Positions 51,119 through 60,510 of a stretch of 64,000 nt of DNA are shown here, one piece after another. Source of the DNA: a bacterium (GTDB lineage Bacteria > Patescibacteriota > Saccharimonadia > Saccharimonadales > SZUA-47). Made by a program: the position numbers and the translations under genes. The number at the start of each line of letters is the position of its first letter. Positions within the stretch are counted from its first letter, which is position 1. The stretch covers positions 298,383 through 362,382 of the forward strand of contig JAUIBF010000001.1 in NCBI GenBank assembly GCA_030428125.1. The letters run 5' to 3'. The notes beneath the pieces were generated by a model. That model was not told the origin of the DNA. It did no database searches and was given only the letters and a program-made list of their open reading frames with translations.

Positions 51119-51160
51119 AAATTCACTTGTAAATGCACGATAATTTGCGAATATAAGTGT

Positions 51161-51793
51161 ATGGCAGTTATTACACCTACAATAACGACTGAGGATCCGC
51201 ATGTATATCGGGACCAAATGAAACTAATTGCTACCTATGCTGACGGTGTGCATCTGGATTTTGCAGACGGAGTTTTTGCGCCAACAGATTTGTTGTCGGT
51301 GGAGAAAGCATGGCGGAGTGATGACTTAATAACGCATGTTCATGTAATGTATCAGAATCCGCTAGAAGTAATTGACGACCTTGTTCAGCTAGAAGCAGAT
51401 TTAGTAATACTGCACGTTGAGTCAGACAATATTAGACAGTGTTTAGAGACCCTGCAGGATAATGGCACTAGAACAGGCTTAGCGATTTTGCCCGAAAGTT
51501 CAGTCGCTGATCTAAAAGAATTAGAAGTAGATGAACTATTTGACCACGTATTAGTATTCGGGGGTCATCTAGGTTATCAAGGTGGTAAGGCAGATTTAGA
51601 CCAGCTAGAAAAAGTTAAACAGCTTAAAGAAGATTATCCTGACGTTGAAATCGGTTGGGATGGTGGGGTAAACGAAGATAACGCTAAGCAAATTGCTGAT
51701 GCTGGCGTTGATGTGTTGAATGTTGGTGGTGCGCTAAGTAAATCAGAAAATCCTAAAAAGACTTACGCATCGCTATCCTCTCTGGTATCATAA
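51161..51793 (+). CDS. divergent ribulose-phosphate 3-epimerase-like TIM-barrel protein
   Basis: HLDFADGVFAP, HVHVM, HVE, GWDGGV and a position next to rpiB/tkt fit Rpe. However, the N-terminal SILSAD and MSVNPGFGGQ motifs are not canonical. Confidence 0.6.
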   Translation: MAVITPTITTEDPHVYRDQMKLIATYADGVHLDFADGVFAPTDLLSVEKAWRSDDLITHVHVMYQNPLEVIDDLVQLEADLVILHVESDNIRQCLETLQDNGTRTGLAILPESSVADLKELEVDELFDHVLVFGGHLGYQGGKADLDQLEKVKQLKEDYPDVEIGWDGGVNEDNAKQIADAGVDVLNVGGALSKSENPKKTYASLSSLVS

Positions 51794-51798
51794 GCGTA

Positions 51799-52701
51799 AT
51801 GGGTAAATCATTCACAGCGAAAAAACTGTCTATTGAGAAGTTGGAATTAGTCGCAAATGACATTCGGCAGGATTTGATCAAATCTCTAGAAGAAGCTGGC
51901 AGTGGCCATTCAGCTGGTCCACTTGGTTTAGCAGATATTTTTGCGGCTTTATATTTCGACATAATGAAGCATGACCCCGAAGATCCTGATTGGGATGAAC
52001 GTGACATGCTGCTACTTTCCAATGGGCATTGTGTACCTGTTCAGTATGCCACTATGGCGAACGCCGGATACTTTCCCAAAAAAGAGCTAATGACTCTTCG
52101 TAAATTCAAGAGTCGTTTACAAGGCCATCCTGAGCGCGAAAAACTCCCCGGATTAGAAAATACTAGTGGACCACTTGGTTGTGGGTTGAGTCAAGCTTGT
52201 GGAATAGGGCTAGCCATGCAAATGAATCAAGATTCTCATCGCTGGGTTTACACAATTATGGGTGATGGTGAACTGAATGAGGGTAATATCTGGGAAGCTG
52301 CCATGTTTGCTGCCAAGTACAAGATTAATAATGTAATAGGTATCGTCGATAGGAATAATATTCAGATTGATGGTACGACCGAACACGTTATGCCTCTAGA
52401 AGATTTGCGATCAAAATGGGAAAGTTTTGGTTGGCATGTTATTGAAATAGACGGCAATGATATTGAAGCCGTAATTGATGCTTGCGCAATGGCTAGGGCT
52501 ATTGTCGAAAAGCCGGTCGTTATAATTGCACATACAATTCCAGGTAAAGACGTAGATTATATGGAATATGATTATCACTGGCACGGGATACCTGTGGGCT
52601 TAAGCGATGTTGCTGGTGCTCCACCAAAGAATGAGCAGGCCAAAGAAGCTCTAAAAGAGCTAAGAACACTGCGTGGAAAGATAAAGAACGAGCACGAATA
52701 A
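51799..52701 (+). CDS. transketolase, N-terminal (TPP-binding) subunit
   Basis: SGHSAGPLGLADIF, GHCVP, GDGELNEGNIWEA. The gene is split. Confidence 0.9.
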   Translation: MGKSFTAKKLSIEKLELVANDIRQDLIKSLEEAGSGHSAGPLGLADIFAALYFDIMKHDPEDPDWDERDMLLLSNGHCVPVQYATMANAGYFPKKELMTLRKFKSRLQGHPEREKLPGLENTSGPLGCGLSQACGIGLAMQMNQDSHRWVYTIMGDGELNEGNIWEAAMFAAKYKINNVIGIVDRNNIQIDGTTEHVMPLEDLRSKWESFGWHVIEIDGNDIEAVIDACAMARAIVEKPVVIIAHTIPGKDVDYMEYDYHWHGIPVGLSDVAGAPPKNEQAKEALKELRTLRGKIKNEHE

Positions 52702-52702
52702 A

Positions 52703-53671
52703 ATGAAGAATCTACATTTACTCGATCACAAAGACTGGGGCTTAGAGCCAACTAGGAAAGGATTCGGTAAAGGTTTAGTTAAAGCCGGAGAGCTGAGCGA
52801 TCAAGTAGTTGCGCTCTGTGCTGACCTAACAGGTTCTACACAAATTGAACCTTTTGCCAAGGCTTACCCGGACAGGTTCATCGAAGTGGGGATTGCCGAA
52901 CAGAACCTAGTAACAGTTGCCAGTGGTATGGCAAAAATGGGTAAAGTGCCCTTCACAGCTAGCTATGCAGCATTTAGTCCTGGACGTAATTGGGAGCAGA
53001 TAAAAACTACTATTGCTCTAAACAATCAAAATGTAAAAATTGTCGGAGCTCACGCAGGTTTGTATACCGGTCCAGATGGTGCAACCCATCAAATGCTTGA
53101 GGATATTGCTCTGATGCGCGTAATGCCAAACATGGTTGTCGTTGTGCCGGGAGATAGCGTAGAAGCAGAAAAGGCTACAATTGCACTTTCACAAGACAAG
53201 CGTCCGGGGTACATAAGATTAGCAAGAGATAAATCGCCAGTTGTAACTACTGAAGATACGCCTTTTGAGATTGGTAAGGCTTATGTATTCTCTCCTGGTC
53301 AAGACGTAACGATTGTATCGACCGGGGTACTTACACCAATCGCACTAGAAGCAGCAGACAAACTTTTCCATGATGGAATAGATGTGGAAGTTGTGCACTG
53401 TCCAACTATAAAGCCTTTGGATGCTGCGACTATTTTAACGAGTGCAAAGAAAACAAAACGCGTAGTTACATTAGAAGAGGCACAAGCTATTGGTGGGTTG
53501 GGTGGAGCAGTCAGCGAACTTTTATCCGAGCATTTACCGGTTCCGATAATCAGAATGGGTGTCAAAGATACTTATGGTCAGTCGGGAACACCTGAAGAAC
53601 TGTTAAATCACTACGGACTAAGCTTGAAGCACGTAATGATGAACGTGCACGACATATTTGAGAGCAAGTAA
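52703..53671 (+). CDS. transketolase, C-terminal (pyrimidine-binding) subunit
   Basis: FIEVGIAEQNLVTVASGMA and GPDGATHQMLEDIALMR. It starts 1 nt after the upstream stop. Confidence 0.9.
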   Translation: MKNLHLLDHKDWGLEPTRKGFGKGLVKAGELSDQVVALCADLTGSTQIEPFAKAYPDRFIEVGIAEQNLVTVASGMAKMGKVPFTASYAAFSPGRNWEQIKTTIALNNQNVKIVGAHAGLYTGPDGATHQMLEDIALMRVMPNMVVVVPGDSVEAEKATIALSQDKRPGYIRLARDKSPVVTTEDTPFEIGKAYVFSPGQDVTIVSTGVLTPIALEAADKLFHDGIDVEVVHCPTIKPLDAATILTSAKKTKRVVTLEEAQAIGGLGGAVSELLSEHLPVPIIRMGVKDTYGQSGTPEELLNHYGLSLKHVMMNVHDIFESK

Positions 53672-54549
53672 TGCCCTGGCAACTCTCTATTATTTTAAGC
53701 AACTTGTTTGCTTCATTTCGAGCAATTGATGCTAGGCGAGTCGGTAATAGTAAAAATGACCTATCGCTATTCACTTTAGTAGTTTCGTTTACTTGCGTTA
53801 CTTTAAGTGGAATTTTTTATGCCATGTTTTTTGGTGATAGCCTGAATCATACCGAAGTATGGAACTCCAGATATTTTATTACTCTAATGGCGTTTGGTAT
53901 TGGATTAGGCAATCTATTATCGATCAAGCTATTTCGTTTATTGCCGGCTTCTCTCGTGGCCATTTTAATACTGCTAAATCCTTTATCGGCAGTAATGTTT
54001 TCTTTTATATTTCTTGGCGAACAATTAACTCATATTCAGTGGATGGGTGCCGTATTGGTTTTTGCCGGTGTCCTGAGTGTTCAGTTAATTAGCAAAGTAA
54101 CTAAGAAAAAGAAGAAGAAAACCGCGATACACGTCGGATTGGCATTAGCTTTAGTCCTGGCTTTTTTATACGGCGTGGGAATCACCACCGAAAAGTATTT
54201 GCTGGACAGGATGGGTATGAGTACCTACGTAGTTTACGGATGGGGCTCACAGCTATTAATGTCGATTATAATAGCGTTACTGCTTCGGAAACAATTTAGT
54301 TTACCTAAATCTAATAAATACTATGTCTACAGCATTAGGTATGGAATGTTGCTGGGGGCTGCAGGACTACTTTATGTATTTACGCAGATTCAGAACAATA
54401 GCGCATCTCTAACTGTTATTGGCTCAAGTTCTAAGGTGGCATTGACAGTTATCCTTGCTTATTTTCTGTTGAATGAAAAAGAGCATGTTCTGTTAAAATC
54501 ACTGGGAATTATCCTGAGTGGCACCGGAATGTGGCTATTGTTTCAATAA
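53671..54549 (+). CDS. EamA/DMT-family transporter
   Basis: 10-TM layout with two EamA-like halves separated by KKKKKK. It is embedded in the sugar-phosphate operon. Confidence 0.75.
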   Translation: MPWQLSIILSNLFASFRAIDARRVGNSKNDLSLFTLVVSFTCVTLSGIFYAMFFGDSLNHTEVWNSRYFITLMAFGIGLGNLLSIKLFRLLPASLVAILILLNPLSAVMFSFIFLGEQLTHIQWMGAVLVFAGVLSVQLISKVTKKKKKKTAIHVGLALALVLAFLYGVGITTEKYLLDRMGMSTYVVYGWGSQLLMSIIIALLLRKQFSLPKSNKYYVYSIRYGMLLGAAGLLYVFTQIQNNSASLTVIGSSSKVALTVILAYFLLNEKEHVLLKSLGIILSGTGMWLLFQ

Positions 54550-54607
54550 GTCTTGCATATGGGAAGCATAACCAGTTACAATGGTGGAAAATAAAGGTGG
54601 GATTTGT

Positions 54608-55519
54608 ATGGGTTTATCCTTAAATCAAATCCGTGAGAATTGTGCGAATGCACGAGAACTCATGGAAAGAGCAAAGAAAGAGAAATTTGCAGTAGGGGCG
54701 TTCAACCTCGACAACCAAGAAACGTTAATCGCAGTGGCTAGGGCCGCTAAGAAAACAAACTCTCCAGTTTTAGTTGAAGTGAGCGCAGGAGAAGTAAAGG
54801 CTATTGGCATCGAGAATGTTCGCGATATGGTTGACAACTATAAAGCGGAATACGGCATAGAAATGTACGTCAATCTCGACCATAGCCCAAGTGTCGAAGA
54901 TGCGATAGCAGGAATAGAGGCTGGATTTGAATTCATTCACATAGATGTTTCTCAAGCCAATCACGATGCATCGGACGATGAAATAGTTGATGCGACAAAA
55001 GAAGTTGTAGAGTACGCTAAGTTCACTGGAGCTCTTGTTGAAAGTGAGCCACATTATTTTGGTGGCAGTAGTAATGTGCACACCGAAGCGTTTGACTTTA
55101 ACGAAATCAAAAAGACATTTTCAACACCAGATGGTGCCAAAAACTTTGTTGACGTAACGGGTATCGACACATTTGCTGCAGCAATCGGTAACCTTCATGG
55201 CAGCTATCCAGTGCCTAAAGTGCTTGATATAGATTTACTGAAGAAAATCAGAGGTGCAATAGACTGCAATATCAGTTTGCACGGTGGAAGTGGCACCCCA
55301 GGTCATTACTTTGAGGAAGCTGTCAAAGTTGGAGTGCAAAAAATTAATATCAATAGTGATATGCGCAAGGCTTACCGAACGACTCTGGAGAAAGTACTAA
55401 AAGAGAACAAGACTGAATATGCAGTAGTTAAGTTAATGGACGAGGTTATTACCGAAGTCCAGGCAGTAGTAGAATCAAAGATTGCTTTATTTAATAGCTC
55501 AGGAAAGGCAAAGGTGTAG
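54608..55519 (+). CDS. fba: class II fructose-bisphosphate aldolase
   Basis: The ATG at 54608 lies 7 nt after aaaggtgg. FAVGAFNLDN, NLDHS, IGNLHG and LHGGSG are class II aldolase motifs. Confidence 0.9.
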   Translation: MGLSLNQIRENCANARELMERAKKEKFAVGAFNLDNQETLIAVARAAKKTNSPVLVEVSAGEVKAIGIENVRDMVDNYKAEYGIEMYVNLDHSPSVEDAIAGIEAGFEFIHIDVSQANHDASDDEIVDATKEVVEYAKFTGALVESEPHYFGGSSNVHTEAFDFNEIKKTFSTPDGAKNFVDVTGIDTFAAAIGNLHGSYPVPKVLDIDLLKKIRGAIDCNISLHGGSGTPGHYFEEAVKVGVQKININSDMRKAYRTTLEKVLKENKTEYAVVKLMDEVITEVQAVVESKIALFNSSGKAKV

Positions 55520-55527
55520 GAGCAAAT

Positions 55528-56541
55528 ATGAAAAACGATGATAAAAAACTAGATGTACTGAGTGTTGGTGACGTAGTTACCGATGCGTTCATAAACTTGA
55601 TAGAAAAGTACGAATACTTAGAAGATACAGACAAAGGTAAGGTTATTAACATTCCATTTGGTACAAAAATACCGTATGATCACGCTGAAGTTATTGAAGG
55701 TGTTGGTAATGCTCCAAATGCCAGTGTTTCGTTCGCGCGACTTGGATTAAACAGTGGACTTGTATCAAATGTTGGTGGTGACGACTGGGGTAAGGACATT
55801 ATCCGAGCCTTAAAGAAAAACGGAGTGGATACTCGATTTGTTCATGAAAATCCAGGAAAGGTCAGTAACTATCACTACGTTCTGTGGTATGCCGAAGAGC
55901 GAACAATTTTGATTAAGCACGAAGAATATGACTACAAGTGGCCAAAATTTCGCCCAAATGATATTCCAAGGTGGATTTACTTTAGTTCGATTTCTGAAAA
56001 TGCGATGCCTTATCACGATGAGATTTCTGATTGGCTTGATGAAAACCCTGATGTAAAACTTGCTTTCCAGCCTGGTACTTTCCAGATGAGCGAGAAGCTT
56101 AGCGACAGGATGAAGCGTCTATATAAGAGGGCTGAGGTTGTAGCTCTCAACCGAGAAGAAGCAACTGATGTTTTCGGTGCAAATCACGAAGATATTAATG
56201 ACCAGTTAAATAAGATGCACGAAGTCGGGATAAAGATTGCTTTAGTAACGGATGGGCCTAATGGAGCATATGCATCTGATGGTAATAAGCGCTGGAGTAT
56301 GCCGTTATATCCTGATCCTGCCCCTCCTTTTGAGCGAACTGGTGCCGGGGATGCGTTTGCCTCGACCTTTACTGCTGCATTGATGCACGGAGCAGACGTT
56401 CCAAGCGCATTGTTATGGGCGCCTATCAACTCTATGAATGTTGTTCAGCATGTTGGCGCACAAGAAGGTTTGCTTACTCACGACCAGATTGACTACTATT
56501 TGCGGAACGCACCTAAAGATTACCACCCAAGCGAGATGTAA
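55528..56541 (+). CDS. PfkB-family carbohydrate kinase
   Basis: An N-terminal GD-containing beta-strand segment (VLSVGDVVTD) and the C-terminal TGAGDAFASTF anion-hole motif. Confidence 0.85.
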   Translation: MKNDDKKLDVLSVGDVVTDAFINLIEKYEYLEDTDKGKVINIPFGTKIPYDHAEVIEGVGNAPNASVSFARLGLNSGLVSNVGGDDWGKDIIRALKKNGVDTRFVHENPGKVSNYHYVLWYAEERTILIKHEEYDYKWPKFRPNDIPRWIYFSSISENAMPYHDEISDWLDENPDVKLAFQPGTFQMSEKLSDRMKRLYKRAEVVALNREEATDVFGANHEDINDQLNKMHEVGIKIALVTDGPNGAYASDGNKRWSMPLYPDPAPPFERTGAGDAFASTFTAALMHGADVPSALLWAPINSMNVVQHVGAQEGLLTHDQIDYYLRNAPKDYHPSEM

Positions 56542-57750
56542 ATGTCAAAGTTGATTGCGGAGCTATTGGGAACCGATAGGCGGCAGTTTGATAAGATTAT
56601 TAGTAGGTTGGAGCATATTACTCTACAGCCCGGTGTTGATACTAGACTGAGTGCAGAAATAATAACCAAGACTAGGGCAAAAACCCGAGCTTTTGGATAT
56701 GAGCCGTCAGAAGCAACGGCCAAAGAATTGTATTATGGGTTGCTTTCTGTAGCAGAAAATCACGACGAGTTACTTCGGAAAAGAATAAATATTAGAAAAT
56801 CTACAAAATTAATAGAAGTGTCCGAAATCATCGCTGCCGAGGCAGAAAAATTGTTAAGCAAAGAGAAATTAGTAGCAATGCAACCGGTCGCTGTCAAGAA
56901 AGTTTTAAAAGCAGTACCTCCCAAGAAAACAATGAAGCTTTTGAAGTACCGTTCACTAGATTCTGTTCTTAAACGCGAAAATCCACTAGTTTTATATGCT
57001 TTGGCTAGGACCATCGAAGATAAATCTTGGCAGACCCAAATCAATGCCAGGCTAAAACGACTTCAAGCAAGAGATGCTAGCGAACAGTCAGTTAATATTC
57101 TATATTTACCTTCTTCGTGGAAAGAAAAACTAAAGAAAAACCCTTTTGACAACGTCGTTCAACCAGTTCCAGAAATAGGCTCAGTCTTGCTATTACCCAC
57201 AATACCCGTTATGCAAAAAGGTGCAGTCCTACTTACTCTGTCTCTAGTGTTGCAAGCCGGTCAGCGTTTGTCGGTTGAGTCTTTGCCATACAGAACAAAA
57301 GCCTTGAGTATCGGGGTTGAAAAGTTAATCCCGGATATTGCAGCTGGCTATGTGGAAGAATTTGAACCAGTCCACGGCTTGCAGCCTAGCTGGCAGGCCG
57401 TCTATCAGCTGTTAGTTGATAACGGCAACAGAAGCTTACCAGATTTTGACCTTATACTCGGCGACTTACAGTGGGAGAGTACAGAAACAAAATTAGCGAG
57501 TTTAGTACCTGAAATGGACATATGGGTTGGAAGCCATTATTTAGGATACGCATCAAATCCTTTCCCTCTGTCGATGCATGTAATTGATGTAACTGCGAGC
57601 TTGGTTTTAGACAGAAAGTTTACAGAGCAAATTGTTTCACATATGCGTGCTAGTTTGTGGAATGAACTGCAGTTACGTTATTTGAAGCAAGACTCACTCG
57701 AGAGAGCTGTGATTAGCCAGCTCAGTTTCGCGCAAGGAGTTGTGCTATAA
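56542..57750 (+). CDS. hypothetical soluble 402-aa protein, translationally coupled to the PfkB kinase gene
   Basis: The stop of the upstream gene abuts its ATG (ATGTAAATG). There are no TM helices and no motif I can assign. Confidence 0.7.
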   Translation: MSKLIAELLGTDRRQFDKIISRLEHITLQPGVDTRLSAEIITKTRAKTRAFGYEPSEATAKELYYGLLSVAENHDELLRKRINIRKSTKLIEVSEIIAAEAEKLLSKEKLVAMQPVAVKKVLKAVPPKKTMKLLKYRSLDSVLKRENPLVLYALARTIEDKSWQTQINARLKRLQARDASEQSVNILYLPSSWKEKLKKNPFDNVVQPVPEIGSVLLLPTIPVMQKGAVLLTLSLVLQAGQRLSVESLPYRTKALSIGVEKLIPDIAAGYVEEFEPVHGLQPSWQAVYQLLVDNGNRSLPDFDLILGDLQWESTETKLASLVPEMDIWVGSHYLGYASNPFPLSMHVIDVTASLVLDRKFTEQIVSHMRASLWNELQLRYLKQDSLERAVISQLSFAQGVVL

Positions 57751-57778
57751 TGCTTATGACAATGACGAAAGACAAACA

Positions 57779-58450
57779 ATGAGCAAAAATGGGATGAGAT
57801 TCTCAATTTGCGTTTCTGGTGCAGCAGCCGGTAAATCTGTCGACGAATCATGTGGCCTCGCGTATGAGTTGGGGGTAGCTGTAGCAAAAGAGGGTCACGT
57901 ACTAACAACAGGAGCAACTGTTGGTCTGCCGTTGTATTCTGCAAAAGGTGCCAGAGATGCTGGCGGGATGAGCATCGGCTTTAGTCCCGCAACCAATTTA
58001 CGGGAGCACGCACGCAAGTATAGATTACCTGTAGGTTTTTACGACTACGTTAACTTTACGGGTATGAACTATATTGGCAGGGATATTCATCTAGTGCTTA
58101 GCAGCGATGCTTTAATCACGGTAGGTGGACGCATGGGCTCACTCCATGAATTCACAACTGCCCTTGAAGCCCACATGCCGTGTGGAGTTTTACTAGGCTC
58201 GGAAGGATTAGCTGATTTCGTGCCTGAGTTAATTGATGCGCTTGAAGAGCCCGTAGGAAGTAAGATTGTGTACGATACAGATCCAGATAGGTTAGTAGCG
58301 AAGATTGTAAAAATTCTTGATGATGAAAATAAAGACCTTAACCCTTCTAAGCTCAAAGAAGAATGGATGGTCAAAGCAAGTATTTGTGAGCCCCTTGCAG
58401 GTAAACACGGATTTTCTGCGGGCAACGTTCGGTCCAACAGAGCTGGATAA
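57779..58450 (+). CDS. TIGR00725/LOG-like (SLOG) Rossmann-fold protein
   Basis: ICVSGAAAG...AYELGVAVAKEGHVLTTGATVGLP...GGMSIGFSP...ITVGGRMGSLHEFTTAL follows the TIGR00725 pattern. The ATG at 57779 is preferred to 57740. Confidence 0.65.
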   Translation: MSKNGMRFSICVSGAAAGKSVDESCGLAYELGVAVAKEGHVLTTGATVGLPLYSAKGARDAGGMSIGFSPATNLREHARKYRLPVGFYDYVNFTGMNYIGRDIHLVLSSDALITVGGRMGSLHEFTTALEAHMPCGVLLGSEGLADFVPELIDALEEPVGSKIVYDTDPDRLVAKIVKILDDENKDLNPSKLKEEWMVKASICEPLAGKHGFSAGNVRSNRAG

Positions 58451-58479
58451 TTGCCTCTACTCTTTAGTACAATTAGAGT

Positions 58480-60438
58480 GTGAAGTTTAAGTTAAAATCC
58501 GACTATCAGCCAACAGGCGATCAACCTGCAGCGATTAGGCAGCTGGTTAATGGTGTCGAAAAAGGTGAAAAAGAGCAAACGCTACTGGGTGTTACAGGTT
58601 CTGGAAAGACCTTCACCATGGCAAATATTATCCAGAGTACTCAGCGACCCACGCTAGTTTTATGCCATAACAAAACCCTGGCTGCACAGTTGTACGAGGA
58701 ATTTAAAAACTTCTTTCCCGATAACGCAGTTCACTACTTTGTAAGCTATTTTGATTATTATCAGCCAGAAGCGTATGTTCCACGTTCAGATACTTATATC
58801 GAAAAGGATAGCGACATCAACGAGGAAATTGATCGAATGCGACATGCTGCAACTGATGCGTTATTGTCTCGCAAAGATGTGATCATTGTTGCTAGCGTAT
58901 CTTGCATCTACGGCATAGGTAGTCCTTCTGATTATTCAGATTTGTCGGTAAAGGTGAAAGTAGGTGAGCGACGTGTTCGCGATAAATTCATTCGTCAGCT
59001 TACAGATATCCAGTATGAAAGAAACGATATTGATTTTCATCGAGGCACCTTTAGAGTTCGTGGTGATGTAGTTGACGTTTTCCCTGCTTCTGAGGAAGTT
59101 GCTTACAGAATAGAATTTTTTGGAGATGTAGTTGATGCGATCACAAAAATGGATGCCCTAACCGGCGAAGTTATCGGTAAGCCGGAGAGAATTACTATTT
59201 TCCCAAGCTCTCACTATGTTACTCCACAGGATAAGTTGAAAGTTGCTTTAGGAAAGATAGAGAAAGAACTCGAGGAAAGAGTTAAAGAATTTGAGTCTCA
59301 GGGTAAGTTACTCGAGGCGCAACGACTAAAGCAGCGAACACAATTCGATATTGAAATGCTAGAGCAAACAGGATTTGTTAAGGGAATCGAAAATTATAGT
59401 CGGTATTTAACAGACAGAGAAGAGGGCGAACAGCCAGCGACATTGCTAGATTACTATCCAGACAATTATTTATTGCTTATAGATGAGTCACATATGACCA
59501 TGCCTCAGGTCAGAGGTATGTATAACGGAGATCGTGCCCGCAAAGAGGTGTTAGTTGACTATGGCTTTAGGTTGCCTAGCGCGTTAGATAATAGACCATT
59601 GAAATTTACAGAATTCGAAAGACATGTGAATCAAGCTATTTATGTAAGCGCGACACCTGCCGAGTATGAGCTGAGCCGGACGCCTAAGCCGGCTCAGCAA
59701 GTAATTAGACCAACTGGACTACTGGATCCTGAGTTGGAAGTTAGGCCAATAGAGCATCAGGTCGATGACCTGATAGCAGAAATAAGAGATACCGTTAAAA
59801 AACATCAGCGTGTACTTGTCACTACTCTCACAAAACGAATGAGCGAAGACCTAACCGAGTATTTACAAGAGCTTGGCATTAAGGTGGCTTATCTGCACAG
59901 CGAAGTAGATACGTTAGATAGGACTGATATTCTGCGAGATTTGAGAATGGGAGTATACGACGTGCTGGTTGGTATTAACCTATTACGTGAAGGTTTGGAC
60001 CTACCTGAAGTTAGCCTCGTTGCAATTTTAGACGCTGACAAAGAAGGGTTCTTGCGTAGCGAACAAGCACTCGTTCAAACCATAGGTCGTGCAGCGAGAC
60101 ATCAAGATGGGCGCGTAATTTTGTATGCAGATGTAATGACTAAAAGTTTGACAGCTGCAATCGACGAGACAAATAGGCGTCGCAAGATTCAGGAAGCCTA
60201 CAACAAAAAACATGGTATTACTCCTGCTAGCATCGCCAAGGCGATGAGCAAAGGCCTAGAGCGAATGAATCCAAAGGAAGAAAAACCTAAGCTTGATCTT
60301 AAGAAAATTCCAAAGGAAGAATACGACGGAATAATTATCGATTTAGAGCGTCAAATGAAACTAGCTAGTGCTAATTTAGAGTTCGAAAAAGCGGCAGAGC
60401 TTAGAGATCTAATCCAAGAAGTAAAAGACAAGAAATAA
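58480..60438 (+). CDS. uvrB: excinuclease ABC subunit B
   Basis: GTG start, [14 protein letters not shown], helicase motifs, and a C-terminal UVR domain ([11 protein letters not shown]). Confidence 0.95.
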   Translation: MKFKLKSDYQPTGDQPAAIRQLVNGVEKGEKEQTLLGVTGSGKTFTMANIIQSTQRPTLVLCHNKTLAAQLYEEFKNFFPDNAVHYFVSYFDYYQPEAYVPRSDTYIEKDSDINEEIDRMRHAATDALLSRKDVIIVASVSCIYGIGSPSDYSDLSVKVKVGERRVRDKFIRQLTDIQYERNDIDFHRGTFRVRGDVVDVFPASEEVAYRIEFFGDVVDAITKMDALTGEVIGKPERITIFPSSHYVTPQDKLKVALGKIEKELEERVKEFESQGKLLEAQRLKQRTQFDIEMLEQTGFVKGIENYSRYLTDREEGEQPATLLDYYPDNYLLLIDESHMTMPQVRGMYNGDRARKEVLVDYGFRLPSALDNRPLKFTEFERHVNQAIYVSATPAEYELSRTPKPAQQVIRPTGLLDPELEVRPIEHQVDDLIAEIRDTVKKHQRVLVTTLTKRMSEDLTEYLQELGIKVAYLHSEVDTLDRTDILRDLRMGVYDVLVGINLLREGLDLPEVSLVAILDADKEGFLRSEQALVQTIGRAARHQDGRVILYADVMTKSLTAAIDETNRRRKIQEAYNKKHGITPASIAKAMSKGLERMNPKEEKPKLDLKKIPKEEYDGIIIDLERQMKLASANLEFEKAAELRDLIQEVKDKK

Positions 60439-60457
60439 CTTGGTGTGTTAAGTATCA

Positions 60458-60486
60458 TTGACATCTTAACCAAACAAGTATACGAT
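60458..60486 (+). promoter_or_regulatory. putative sigma70-type promoter of the giant surface-protein gene
   Basis: A perfect TTGACA (60458-60463), a 17-nt spacer, then TACGAT (60481-60486). The SD aaagggag (60498-60505) lies before the ATG at 60511. Confidence 0.4.
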
Positions 60487-60510
60487 GCCACCTAGATAAA
60501 GGGAGTTCCT

